A DNA stretch of 63,999 nt, filler included, from Sphacelaria rigidula (GCA_964200075.2; 5 parts of 5 records of this genome joined end to end with filler, not necessarily neighbours in it); one strand, 5' to 3'; numbered from the whole stretch's first letter, positions 24,632 through 38,416 are shown. A program made the numbers and translations. The notes: generated from the sequence alone by a model not told the origin.

Positions 24632-25580
24632 TAATGTCCGCGTGTGAGTGGTATGCTGTAGTTCCATGTATCTACGTAAAGTGTCTACGTCTTTGTGTGA
24701 AATATGGCATACCTGTAGTACAATTTTGCAACACATAGCAAGCGCAAAGTGCGGTGTATGCCTACATCAGAGAGTTTCGGAAAACGCGTTTTTGTCATTT
24801 CAGAGTGCAAACATCTCAGGATCAGAGTGTACGGAAAAATTATATCCCCCTTCCATCAACTGTGGTATCTCCTTCACATTTTTCGATGAGGTGTTTTTTT
24901 TATTCTGCACTCTGATCCCGAGATATTTGAACTCTGAAATGACAAAAGAAAACGTTTTCCGGAACTCTTTTGTCTGGAAATCCGGTAAAATTGAATGGGA
25001 TGGAAGTTCATCATGGTTGTATACTCAGGTTTTGAATTGTGAATATGTACGAGTTGGGCCAGCCTAGAAGCGAATCTATAGGGAACAGTCCGATTCTCAT
25101 CTCGGTTCCGCGAGTTGGGCTCATGAGTTTGGTATGGAAAATCGCTAGGGCGCAATGACATAACCATACGTTTTAGGATACGTATTTTTTTTAGTTGAGG
25201 ATACAAAACAAGACCCAGTTTTTCATCAATACGACGTCCCTGACGCATGTTTCCCCCCCAATAAGGTCTCAACATGTTACTAATTGATTGTGCCCCAGCG
25301 ATTCTTTTTACCAAAAATGAAAGTAAGTGCAACTCTTTTTGTTTGCCAGAATCCCCCATTAACACGGGATTTTACATATTGCGGATGAGTTCTTTCTTTG
25401 CGAATGGATTCTTTTTTGAGGATGAACGGGGTCAAACATCACGGCTGGAGGGTTGTCATGAGGAAGGAAGATAGAGAGGCGTTATTTGTTCCTCCAGACA
25501 GTTTTGGGGCAGGTTGGCTCACAGATCACTCGATCCAGCCATGGGAATGCTTCCGAAGTTCTGGGAAAAGTGGATGTACA

Positions 25581-25680
25581 NNNNNNNNNNNNNNNNNNNN
25601 NNNNNNNNNNNNNNNNNNNNNNNNTTAATTAATTAANNNNNNNNNNNNNNNNNNNNNNNNNNNNNNNNNNNNNNNNNNNN
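25581..25680. other. Artificial spacer
   Basis: N44-TTAATTAATTAA-N44. Confidence 0.97.
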
Positions 25681-26309
25681 CCAGCGTGCAGCGCCTCACC
25701 CCAAAGCGAAAAAGGCGCCACCCTTTTTTGCTCCAAAAACATAAGGGTCTACCCTTTTTGGTATATCGCCCAAAATCGTTTCTCTCTCTGCCTCTCTTTT
25801 TGGACAGGGCGTGCCTCTGTACGCTGCAGAACACGTCCTCGAAAAACAGGGTGATGTTCCCGTCATCGCTACTCTTCTCACCCCCACACATGCGAGCAAT
25901 AAGAACGGGTTGCGCCAAGATCCAATCGAATGTTGGGGGGTGGTATTGTCATTATTGATTTTACCCGACCTTTGCCACGAGGATAAGAGTCTGCCACATC
26001 CCAATTGGGAGGATATAATATGTCAGATCAAACGCTAAATTTGAACATCCATCTGGGATTCACATCTGGGATGTCCATATCCTACATGCATGCATGTCCA
26101 CACCAAGGTGTACGTCCATATCTTATACTATACATTCCAGATTGATATCCGTACTACTCCGCATGAATATGGTATCCCACATGACTATCCCAGACAGACG
26201 TTCATTTCCCAGATGGATAAATCCATCTAGAGTGTAAGTTCCCAAACGCCGAAAGGACCCCTCTGGATCCGCCGCAGGTTAAAGTTGTACAGAGAGCGCA
26301 AGAACACAC

Positions 26310-29300
26310 CCCGCGTACGACTAGAGTCCCTTTGGGCAGCAGGATGATTGGAGCAGCCCTCTTGAAGGGTGATGCGTACAAAGCACGCGCGGGCTCTAGC
26401 ACTGGGGATTGGGGCGTGTTGGCTTCGAGGTCTTGGATACGATGCTGCGTCTCTCTTGACCGGACATTTTAACATTCGACACAAGCGTGCCCGATAGAAT
26501 ATTCTGCGATCGAATGGTGAAATTTGGCTCTGAAATTTGACGAGATGGGACCTTTGAATGGAAAAATAGGGACCACTAGAAATGGCCCTTCGTCAGCTTA
26601 AATCATAATTGACAGTACATCTATAATAGGTACGTACAGTATATGTTCTACGAGTGCCCGTTGTTTCTTACAGCATCCGCGGATGATTCGGCCCGCGTGT
26701 AATGCGTGAGAGGACCGCGTGCTTAGAGGACCGCGCCGTAGTTCAATGCACCCCAGGATCGACGTTTTTCAAAACCAATCGGACCAGTCCCTGCAAGTAC
26801 CACGCCCCTGACCATAACCCTAACACTAACCCTAACCCTAACACTTACCATAGGGATGTTCAAATCCCGATGCGGTCCTCTAAGCACGCGGTCCTCTCAC
26901 GCATTACAATATCCCGGGTACATGTACCTTTTTTGTTTGGATCCTATATATCCTATAGATCTGGCCACGGAAGCTCGTAGGATACGACAGTGTACTGCCA
27001 GTGTTTGTTAGTGCCGTAGCTTGAGCAAGGGTCTAGTCTATGAGCTGGCACTCTGCCACGCAAGTGACATGGAAGCGTTTGGTCACGTAGGTGTAGCACT
27101 TTGCTTTTTGGTTCCAGGGATTGAGGGACGGAGCTGGTGGTTCTCATCGCCCTCCAGGGTCACTCTCCTTCAACACCCCAGTTCCTGCTTTCTGAAGGAA
27201 CTGTGTATTTCTGCTTTTCTTGGCCACATAAGCGCCCAATCAACTTTTTGTCTCACTGATTTATTCTGAGCTGCAGACGCAACTGATTTCACGATCAGGG
27301 TGCAACCTCTGCTACTACTGTTCACTGAACAGTGGTCGGTCTGTCGTACGGACGGTGCCACGGACACGAATTCTTCCGACATGTGGAGTATATGCATTAT
27401 TTACTAAAAGGGATTGATCCAAACAGACAACAGTACCTGGTGAGTTAATTGCCCGCCAAGCGTGTGAAGCGTGCGCGATAGATTCAACGGCGGTCTCCGT
27501 AGGCGCGACCTATTTGCAGGTGGGGTATGCAAATAAGAGACTACAGGTCGCGAACGCCTCCAGAACCAACCCAAGATGAACCCAATTTCAAATCACACTT
27601 CACAGCGTAGTACAGTACTGGTGCTGATGTTGAGTTTGCGGCTAGCTGGTGGCGGTTTATGTGTGTATGTGTGGGTGTAAGCGGTGCTGTGAGTATGCGT
27701 GCCGTGGTGTGCCCTTTAAACCTGCATTGTGTTACGCGAGTGAGTTAAAAAAATGGTGTGCCGCCGGCTCTGTTGTGCGTAGTAGTAGGTAGATTCGAAA
27801 ATGGTGTTGGTCGGACAGGCGGGTCTGCACAAATGTGGGACTGGTTCTACTCTGCTGGCAGGTTCTGTTATTTCGCCGCCGGCCGCAGTCAAACCACGCC
27901 TCGCTTCCAATCGCGGCACAATCTCTACGGAAATTGTGTGAACGACAACAGCTCCAGCAGCTGCCAGGCTGAAGCGCAGGAAAAGGTGTGGGGACTGTAG
28001 GGGAGAGAGACTACACGAGTGTTATCGTGGGATCTGTTGTGAGATCGAGGGAAAATCCCGTCGTCATCTCATATGGACTCGCCACCTACGGAGGTGAGGC
28101 CGATTGAAGCTCGTTGTGTGGGCAGTCCAGCAGGCGGCGAACACCATCACATGCATGCAAAAGTGTACGTGCCCAGATCTTGTGAACATGAAAAAGATTT
28201 GACTGACCTTGCTTGATGAAACATAGTTAGTGAAGTTATGTAAGACCCGTCTCCTCGAGAACAGCGAGGTTGGAGGAAGTCATCACCGATGGAGGGGTGC
28301 AATACCCCCGGTCACTCCTTGTTCCCACATGCAGCAGTGTAGCGGCCACACACCAGGACAGCCACCGTGCAGGACATGACAGTACCGTCTCGAAGATTGA
28401 CCGATGTTGTCTGATATTACAACAGATAATACTGCGTTCAAATACAGGTGACATTCGTAGGCTATGTCGTTTTTCTCTGGATGACCCTGGTGTGCACCTA
28501 CATTCAACCTCGACTGCACTGCACTTGGGGATGGTGCGTGCCCCACAACACGCTATAGTGTCAAGCTCTTCAGCCACTAGCTTTTTCCCGTCGATGGATG
28601 AAGTTATTGCTTTCAGTCTTTCAGCCCGATAGTCCCGCCCCTGCTGGCCGTCTTGGTTGTCGTCGAGGCGTGGGGTGAACAGCAGAGTCATGTGCACGAG
28701 CTGCAGTCGCGGACTGAGACTTGTTCTTGTTGTATATACAATACAGTGTGTCGGTACAGCGGAGCAAAACATGGTGTTGCAGAAAAACACGTGCCATTCA
28801 TCCTGTCTCAGGCTACCGTAGTCCTGTCATATTACAGCCTGATTCGGTGGAAACGCAGCGTGCTCCGTCCCGGCTTTGGAGGGATGCGAGGTCAATGGTG
28901 TTGCGACTACGGCATGCAAGATCATGCGTGCTCCCTGCTCTCACAGACTGTCGCAAACGCGGAAAAGCTACGGCAGAAACATCACTTCCTGTTTCTCGAC
29001 TAGCAAATTCAAATGAACAACGCCTTCATTACCCAGCGATCGCCTGTGTGTGAGTAGCTCAAAACCTAGGAGACTGTGTATGTTAGTTCTCTCGGCGGTC
29101 GTGGGAGGGGCGGTTTGCCCGCTGGACCACGACTTTCGACTGTAGTGCGATAGTTTCGAGCTGGTCAGGGGAAGTTGTAATTTTTTCGCGGTCAACATTT
29201 TTGACAAGTTTTTTAGAGTGCCACGGCTCATCCCAGTGAAAGTTTGATCCCAAAGGTTCGGAGATGGGGAGATGCTAGGCGTCGGCTCGACACTTCGAAA

Positions 29301-32300
29301 GAAGAATCATCTCTGCACTCAGTCTTGAACGACATTCGGCCTGACCGATCCTCGGGGGGTCCTGCGCCCACCAACCACTAGGCTCTGACCCTTCGGTATT
29401 TTTTATCGATCGAAGCAATTTCAATCGTTGTCGTGAACTAATTTAGGTGCCGTTTCCCTTTTTTTTCACCTATCCATTGCGCTAGAGCAGAAAAATGAGC
29501 GTGTTTTTGAAAGCAATATAGTCAATAACACACCCTGTCAGTTTTCGTGGTTGGGTACTTCCCTGGGTTTTCTCGTGTACTATTCTTCCTCAGCATTCGA
29601 AAGTCCTAGGATCGATAGATGTTGGGAAGAGAAGCAGGTCGTGCTCAGGACACCAAACTGTGGCATAGTCCATCTCAGTGCACCTGAGGGGTGTTTGCAG
29701 TCGAAGGGTTAACACACTGAATTAAGCACGGTGATCTCTGTCAGACCGGCGTCGTCCAACGCACACACCAATGATCAACGGCTCGATCGAGAGCAGCTTA
29801 TGTGACACACACACACATACACGCACATACACACATACACTGCCGACCATGTCCGAATGCCAAACGGATTGCCGCAAACAACAGTACTGTGTATAGATGA
29901 GCAAGAGCTAGCGCTAGGCGTGATTCACGTGTGCTGTGGATGTTTGGGCGTGTTTGCTCGGGCTGGACTGTGTCGGTGTCATGTGTTTCACTCATGTGCT
30001 TCAGTCACACCCGTGAAGATGTCCAGTTCTATTTCGTTGGGATTCAACCTAGTCATTGCAGGTTAGTATGCTGTCAAGCTAACTTGGTAGCTCATGTTGG
30101 CGAGAGCGATTGTGTTTGGGGCCGAAGAGGGGCGAAGATGTCTCGTTGGCAAGGGCGCATGCGAAGGTTTGAGACACAATAGAACAGAATCAGACGTCAA
30201 CCTGGGAAACGCATCGCAACGGCAAGCCAGAAACACGACGCTCGAGCTGCAGATGCTCATCAGCTGAGCACGGTATTTGTGACCTTGCTCGAAATCAGTC
30301 CAGAATTCAATGAGAAACTTGTCTCTGTACCGGGCCTCCAGAGCAATATGTGCCCCCCTGCAGGTATCATATGCCATATACTCTGATGTAATCTCGAACT
30401 TGATCCTTTGCAGTTGGCGATACCCCTGTTACTCTGGAGGCCATAAATATTTGCCCTTGTGGAGTCTTTTTGCGAAATACTCTGAAGGTAAATGTCATGT
30501 AGTAAAAACCTTTTTAGGACTTTTTTCTGTTCCCCGAACGAAGTCACAAGTCATTCGAGCACAAGTATGGCTCGTGGCCCTCGCACTTGTTCCGCTGCTC
30601 TGGACCGTTTTTGGAGGTCCTCGAGCTCTCGTGTCATTGCTCGTGATGGAGAATAGGTAATAGGCCGAGTACTCCAGCTATTGCTCATCCGTGGTGGAAA
30701 ACGTTGATAGGCCGAGTACTCGAGTCACTACTCGTGGTGTAAAACTTGGTAGGTCGAGTACTCGAGTTGCTGCTCGTGGTGGAAATAAATGACTCGAGCA
30801 CACGAGTCATTGCTCATGGTGAACGACTTGAGTCCAGGAGTCAGCAATCCCGCGAGCAGATAGTTTTGATGAGCTGCTGAACGAGCTTGATCTTCGAGTC
30901 CATATGCATCTCTGCACATGGACGAGCGTCAGGCTTCAAAGCGCCCCAGGGTGGTTTTTCACGTCACAAAACCATGTACAGGCTGGATGGTGTTTCCAGA
31001 CTGTGGTACCTTCACGGTCGCGCCAGAAATCCTGGCTCATGTGCGAAGCATCTTGTGTGTGTACAAGGCATACCAAGCAGAACGACATCGACATAGCACA
31101 TACCACCAAATCGTTTCTAAAACACCCGACATGCTGGGACCTGCATCGTGTCGAAAATATAAGCTGAACCGTGCAGAGAGTAGGTGCGAGTGGGTGCTAG
31201 AAAGTAAAATGCGCATGCGTTGTGAACCGTGAATATATCACACCCTGTCCAGGATATGGTCAACAGTTGCAATAGACGAGGAGTCTACTGCATAAAATAT
31301 AGGCCTATTGCAACTATTGCCGGCCGACAATAGTCGCAATAGGCCCATACTTCATGCAGAACGTTCTTCGTCTATTGCAACTGTTGACCATACAGTGTCC
31401 AAGGTGTGGAATATATTAGTGGAAAGTCGTCGGAAATCCCCCGCAATCCCCCGTCATGCGGCACAGTCTGATATCTGACGCTGTACAGTGTGTCTCTCAT
31501 CACATGGTCGCAGCTGCACTAGCGAATGCAGGGAGCCTGCGGTTGTGCGGCGTACTGTACAAGCAGAAACGCTGCAGCCGCCAACAGTGCAGCAAGAAGT
31601 CACACGTCAGGCGAGCACGAGTATGGCTCGTGGCACCCGCATTCGTTCGGCCGCTCGTGAACCGTTTCTGGAGGTCTTCGAGCACTCGAGTAAACGCTTG
31701 TGGTGGGAAACATTAACCCTTTTGGAACCCTCCCCTCCCGTCCCCGGGCCAAACGCCTCATTATGAGAAGCCCTGACAACGAAGAAAACATGGAAACAGA
31801 AAAAACGGATGGCAACCACTTTTACTGTAGAAAAACCGAAGAAGGCTCCAGACGCGCACGTCATGGATGTACCGAGAATGAAACACCGGAGCCGTCGGGT
31901 TGGGTTTGTCCAATGATATCACGCGACGGGCGAAGTGTGTCCAGTTGTGTGCATTGACAAAACTCTCGCAAAATAGTACAAACTCCTACATATGTGATTT
32001 TTGTCAGAAGAATCTCTGAACTACCTCAATTCGAGTTCGGTGCACGAATTTGTCACAGTAGTATACTTGAACTTGGCGTGGCGCAATAGTATACTTGAAA
32101 TTAGACTAGTGCACCATTTTGGTGGTGGGCCGCATCCAACATTTGGCGAGCGTAGGAAGCCACACTTTACGGCCGGCGACAATGATATGACGGAGCACGT
32201 GGAAATCCCGTCGCTACATGTGAAAGCGCTGAGGAGTGACCCATATTCAGTTCAGAGTTCAGCTGGAAAAGGTGGCTGAGAACTACGGCTAGGACGCTGC

Positions 32301-35300
32301 CAGGCGTTCCGATGAAAAACTCGCAAGAGCGCTTGAGGCAGCCCATTGCCCCCCGGCGCACACCGCCCCCCCTGCTCGCTTACCGAACGTCAGCACAGTA
32401 ACCGCAGCAAGACAAAGCGCTGCGAGGCACACGGGATCATGTGGAACACATGAGGCGGACGTGATTGCCAGCGTCCAGACAGACGACATACTGGCAAACG
32501 GTCGACAACCGACCGGGACCGCCTTTTCGCAACCAGCCTAACCCAACCATAAGTACAGTCAGTAACCACACTTCACACTTCACTACCGTCCAATATTAGT
32601 GTTCCATGCTAGAAGACAATCGGTGCGTAATATCATTGTATGAAACCCCAACGCCGCCCACGAGGACAGACAGTCCGAACGCGATAGCACAAGCCGGAGC
32701 GAAACACGTCACGCAGCACAAAGTGGGACTCTGCAACATTCAGGCATGATCAACCCGCATTATAGAGGTGATGTCGTCGAAACCTACTGCACAATGCGCA
32801 GGATGAGATATGCGGTAAGATCACAGCCTACGGAGTGACGACCTGTATCGGATACGTCAAGGTAACGGCCCCCGCCTACGCTGCACCAGGAGTATTCGTA
32901 ACAGCGGGGTACGTAGCATCCTCGTAGCCGTTATGGAATGACCAAAGCGCAGTGTGGTGCTGTGCGGTGTAAACGCGGACGACAGAGTACAACAGCAACG
33001 TGCATGACGTTAGTTTACAGTTGAAATAAGATGAAACTATCATGATCACACGCAGTACAGAGGAGTAGGTGAACACATCCCCACAGGGCCTGACGGTGAC
33101 TGTCTCCGAGTATGCAGTAGACGGGGGCATAACCGAGGTAAATGTGCCGTCGGCGTCGCCTTTGTTATTGCAACTTAGGCGCAGGCTTGCCACCATGCGG
33201 CATGAAGCATCTACTGCAGGTGCGGCGTGAAGATTGCTTCAAGAGAGATCAGCCATGCACTCTGGCGGCGGTTAGTTAACACCGACGGGTCGAGCAGTTC
33301 ATGCCCGTAAAAAAAAATAGAGAACCTTTCTCCCGCGTTCCACTCACACGGGTCTGAAAAACACGCTTTGGGCGAATCGTTTGCTCAAAGGCTGTAGAAA
33401 AACAACCATTTCTTGCCCGAGAAAACGTCAACTGTTAATTGTCAATTTTCCATCAACGGTTTCAAAAGGGTTAGTTGAGCGAGCACCCGAGTCATTGCCT
33501 GTGGTGGAAAGAATGAAAATGGCGAGTACTCGAGGCATCGCTCGTGGTGAAGAAATTAAGAAGACGAGGACTCGAGTCATTATTCGTGGCGTGAAAAATT
33601 GATAGGGCGAGTATTCGATTCATCACCCGTGGTGATGAACATTTCACACCCTGGACAATACAAAATGTTTCCAATACATGTCAGTCGATCAATTTGGAAT
33701 ACTACGATATATGGGCTGCGTAACATTTAGTGGATCCCGTGGTCTGCACACGTATTGCGCACCCAATATAAAATGTTGTCGTGGGACTGCAAACGTATTG
33801 CCCGCCCCATATATATATATATTGGTACCGTGGGATTGCACACATATGATCCCAGCAATATATTTTGGGGCGGTGTGGGCGGAGACATATTACACGACCA
33901 ATATATGTTAGGGTCGCATTCATGAGAACATATTGACCGTTCAATATATATTGGGTCCGCGTGCGTGCCAATATGTTGGTCGGTCAATATATATTGGGCC
34001 CGTAGCAGTGCATTAGGTGCCCATGAGGTGTAGTAGCTATCTATCACCAGAAATTCCAGAATTGACTATATCCACTCTCTAGATAGGACCGTGTTCCTCC
34101 TCCTTTTCTCGTCACACTTTTAACGGGTCCCCCCACTCAGGACGGGTCAGTGGTGTCAAAAGGTGGACCCGTCTCCCCCCCCCGATACTCTGGTATCACG
34201 AATTAGATCAGCACTTCTCAAACAATCTCGCTCTGTTACTCACATCCTGTTGCTGTCGGCGACTGGAATTAGACGCTCCTCAGAGGAGATTACACAAACG
34301 TGTGTGCCAATCCGTGACATAGTCAGTATGGTGCAGTACAGTACCGTACACTTGTATTGGGTAGATGGAGACCACCATGAGCGGTGATCCTGCCATCGCC
34401 TCATGTGGTATGTGGTGCAAGAGGATTTTCAAGGGCAGGTCGGATAGGGTGTACCCAATACTCGGTAGAGTAAAAAGTCATACGCTTAGTATCCAAACAT
34501 TTGGGTAGAGTATTGAAGGTGTACCCAATCTACCCAAGATTCGGTTGGGTAGAGTGTTTTGGATCGCACCCAGTTTACCCATTTTTTGGGGTAGAGTGTC
34601 GACGTCATACCCAAGTGATAGTCTATACCCAGGTATTGCTGAGAGTGCTTACCCAAATTGCGGTATAGTATAGAAATAGTACCCAATCTAAACATAATTT
34701 GGGCAAAGTATGGATATCGTACCCAAATTACACAAAAACCTTTGTATTAGAGTCATACCAAAGTGATACTCTATATCCGGATATTGCTGAGTGTACTTGC
34801 CTAGTATTTGGGTAAAGTGTTTGAGATCGTACCCAATCTACCGAAATTTTAGGTGGAGTTTTTCAGGTCGTACCCAATTTACCCAAAATTTGGGTCAGGT
34901 ACATGGAACCGCACCCTATCTTCCCAAACTTCGGGTAAATTGAATAACCGGGTGTTTTACCCGAATATTCAAAAGTACATACCGTACCCGACCAGCCCTT
35001 GGCTTTTTCTATGGAAATAATGCGAAGCAAATGTACGAAGGAGAAATTGGCTCTTTTTGTACAGATCACCAGGCCAGATGCCACCCGTTTACAGAACCAT
35101 GCGATCCCCACACAACGCATTCTCAGCTACCACCACAATCCTGCAGCACAGAGCACGAGTTGGGCACAGGGATAGATACTCTGCAGTAGTTGGGTATCAT
35201 GTTTTCATGGTGTTAATGAAAAGTTGAGCATCTTCTCCCATGGTACAGATCGGCGACGGAACTGCGTGGTAAGGTGGACGGCCGTCTTGCAGGTAGTGCA

Positions 35301-38222
35301 AAGCTGCACGTTTTTCGAGCCCTATTCACGTCGCACTGTAAGCATTGAGAGCCGATGGTCCTGCGCTGTCTATAGCGCACGTTGGCCGCTTCTGTTTCAC
35401 TTCCTACTGTACGAAACACGCGCGCGAACACACACACACACACACTGTCAGGCACACTTTATGCATATAGCGCAGAGAGTGCAGTGCTGTGCTGTGGACA
35501 AGCGAACAAGCGAACGAGCGAACATTTACCGCTTCACGAGTTTCATCGTCTGTTTCTGTCGAAAGCTTGGACTCAACTCGCGAAAAATGAACGAATTCGC
35601 AAAAATCAATTCCACGGCACTTGTTTTTCGATCGAATAATGATGTGCTAAGACACGGCTTTACCCGATAGTGGGTACAGTATCGAAATCGTACCAAATCT
35701 ACCACACGTCGGACGCTGAGGAGCTACGGGTTAGTAGCTCACCTAAGCCAAAAGTACGTAGCTCCTGCAGTTCTCATACTTCACCCACGGCGAATATGAG
35801 CTGATGAGCTACGAGCTGGTAGCTCACCCAGAGCAAACATGCGTGGTTCATGTCGCTCTCATAGCTGACTAGGGAGCTACTCTAAAAAAGATCTATTTCG
35901 AGCGACGGGGAGCTGATCTGTCCTACGTGTGAAACCTATCCAAACTGTGGGTAGAGTATCATAGATCGTAGCCAACTTGCCCATATTTTGGGTAGAGTAT
36001 TGACGCCATTCCCAAGCGATACTTTACACCCGGGTATGGCTGATAGTGCTTACCCAAATTTGGGTAGAATATTCGACGCTGTACTGAATATTCCCAAACC
36101 TTGGGTAGAATATTTGAGATCGTACCCAGATTACCCAGACTTTGGGTAGAGCATTGAGGTCATACCAAATTGATATTGCTGACAGTGCTTACCTACTGTT
36201 TGGGTAAAGCATTTAGATCATACCCAACCCATCTAAAAATTAGGTAGAGTTTTTGAGGTCATATCAAGTCTACCCAAACCTTAGGTAGAATAGATACCCG
36301 GATTTTCTACCCTAGTATTCAAAGGAAATACCCTACCCGACCTGCCCTTGAAGGTTTTACAAGCCATAGCTCACGGGTGGGACAGTAGTGCTGATAGACC
36401 CTTCGGCAGACACAGCTTCGAGTCTTGCGCTGTATAATACATAGGCCGCGACCACTCCAGAGCTATCCTCGGTATGTATTCCCGAACTGTACGCATGCGT
36501 TCACACATGAGAGGGTTACCAGGCGGGAGCGGGAGACGATATATACCTCGGTATAAAATGAGGAATGGGGATGTGGTTTGCGAAAGCGTACGTGTGAACC
36601 CTGAGGAGCTATCACGATTAGGACAAATCATCACGAATCAAAATTACCAAATTCACGATTTCTTCGGCCTCATTGCCCAAAGGGGAGACAAAAGTTGATC
36701 GCTGGTTCAAGGGGTATCCACGCAACCTTTGCGCCATTCCACGTGTCTGGGCTGTGTGTACCTGGGTTGCAACGCTGAAATATTACGTAGGGATTGATTC
36801 GTCATGAGTCGACTCATCATACCAAAACCAAGTAATTTCTAGACGAATCATTACTTGTCCGTCCCTTGGAAGCTATACGGTGGAAAAGGCGGGGATCGCT
36901 GCGCTGTGTGCGGAGGAACGGCACATACATGCTCATGACTAGACTGATTGTGTGAACAGGTAGAGTGACTGTTGAACAACCTCTTAACGCACAGTCGACA
37001 GGAAAATGAACTGTTGTTTTCTGTGGTTCTCACCAATGCTTTCTCGAAGACAATTCAATCCCAACAGGAAACAGCTTCTAGCTAAGTGGACCCAGAAAGG
37101 CATCGAGGGACGCCCCTGTGTCACAACGGAGTCGGTCGTGATGGGCTTGCCTACCCGAGTACTCTTGTGCTACTGCTGATTTTACTTTACGGTCACTTGC
37201 ACATGTCCAAGGACCACAACGATAAATTGCTCACAGGTCGGACGGGTCATTACTCGTTTACACGAGTGCACTCGTGGGTGTTTTTCAAAAACACAACGAG
37301 CATGACTCGTGTGCTCGGTTCATTACCTTTTTTTACAACAAGCAATGACTCGAGTGCTCGCCCTACTACTTTTTTCCACAACGAGCAATGACTCGAGTGC
37401 TCTATATTTTCCCCCCCAACGAGTGATGACTCGAGCGCTCGCCCTATTCATTTGTTTCCCCAACGAGCAATGACTCGAGTGCTCGCCCTGTCCATTTTTT
37501 CCACAACGAGCAATGACGCGAGTGCTCGCCCTATTAGTTTTTTCCCCCAACGAGCAATGACTCGAGTGCTCGTGTTCGAGTCATTCACTTTTTTACGTGG
37601 TATGACTCGCTTGCTTGTGTCTTTTCTGGACAACCCAAGGACCAATCGATCACTGAATTGATAGACCAGTGTGGCGCGAGACATGGTGTGGAAGGGTAGT
37701 GAACCAACGGTAGGATTTGGTAATATTGTGACAACTACAAATCGTACTCTCCCCTTCGGATGGTATGCTGGTGGCACTCTACCCCACCACCGTGTGTTCG
37801 CGGCAGGTGTCCATTTGCGCTATTTTCAAGTGAATTGATCAATAAGGCCCCTGCAGCATCATTTTTACGGAAAAATAACACAAATGCGCACCTACCGCAC
37901 ACACACGATCGTGGGGAAATGAGTCTCAAGCGGAATACGTACCCCTTTTCAAATCGATCATTGCTCTGCAAGAAAAATGGGGACGCAGAGACCTACCTGG
38001 ACGAGACAATCGTGGCTCCGTCCACCACAAAACCATTCAGTATAATAACCACCAACGGACATCTGCAAGGTGTCTATATATCTTAGCTTCTTCTACCCCC
38101 GCCCCGACCCCTGGGGTGTCCGCCTCTGAAGGAAATACATCTCTCTCGTCTTCGGCTCCCGCGACGATGGATACATGCAAGTCGTCGAGTTCCGCCAGTC
38201 GCGCAAGCAAGTACACGAACAC
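26310..38222 (-). CDS. Probable unrecognised multi-exon gene(s) or pseudogene; product unknown
   Basis: Series of AG/GT-bounded open segments, several phase-compatible: 38222-38037 (VFVYLLARLAELDDLHVSIV..., ends in a stop), about 36429-36375, 33213-33061, 32490-32403, 30911-30830 joined to 30357-30200 (…LLTPGLK|GAHIALEARYRDKFLIEFW…), about 27994-27840, and about 26402-26311. Confidence 0.35.
26698..26908. mobile_element. MITE with perfect 37-bp TIRs and an internal telomere-like (CCCTAA)n tract
   Basis: TGTAATGCGTGAGAGGACCGCGTGCTTAGAGGACCGC at 26698 and its exact reverse complement ending at 26908. CCCTGACCATAACCCTAACACTAACCCTAACCCTAACACT lies at about 26807-26846. Confidence 0.8.
31255..31392. 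repeat. Foldback (long inverted repeat) element
   Basis: Perfect 25-bp arms TATGGTCAACAGTTGCAATAGACGA and TCGTCTATTGCAACTGTTGACCATA. Imperfect pairing continues inward to a central CGGCCG and outward to about 31231-31417. Confidence 0.8.
34430..35001. mobile_element. hAT-like non-autonomous element with TACCCAA/TTGGGTA subterminal repeats
   Basis: Left TIR CAAGGGCAGGTCGGATAGGGT and right end ACCGTACCCGACCAGCCCTTG. The interior is built of repeated ACCCAAATTTGGGTAGAG-like palindromes. Confidence 0.65.
35660..36350. mobile_element. Second (partial) copy of the same hAT-like family, interrupted by the AGCTCA-rich MITE at 35703-35931
   Basis: Right TIR ACCCTACCCGACCTGCCCTTG ends at 36350 and the TTGGGTAGA repeats are the same. 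The insert ends are CACACGTCGGAC and CTGTCCTACGTGTG, with flanks AAATCTAC and AAACCTAT. Confidence 0.6.
37232..37620. repeat. About 43-bp tandem repeat (ACGAGCAATGACTCGAGTGCTCGCCCTA...) of a dispersed family
   Basis: At least 6 units at 37295-37575. Related copies lie at about 30545-30830 and 33470-33640 (both inverted) and 38355-38416. Confidence 0.7.
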
Positions 38223-38416
38223 CTGTGTTTGCGGTTGACACTCGCACATGTGCAGATATGCATATAAACTTGAAGATTCTTGGTTCAAGATCGTCAAAGA
38301 ACTCATCATAATTATTAGCTTGTCGGATTTCTGACTCCTCCACTGAAGTCGTTCATCACGAGCAATGACTGGAGTGCTCGCCCTATTCATTTTTACGGCC
38401 AACGAGTTGCCCAACG

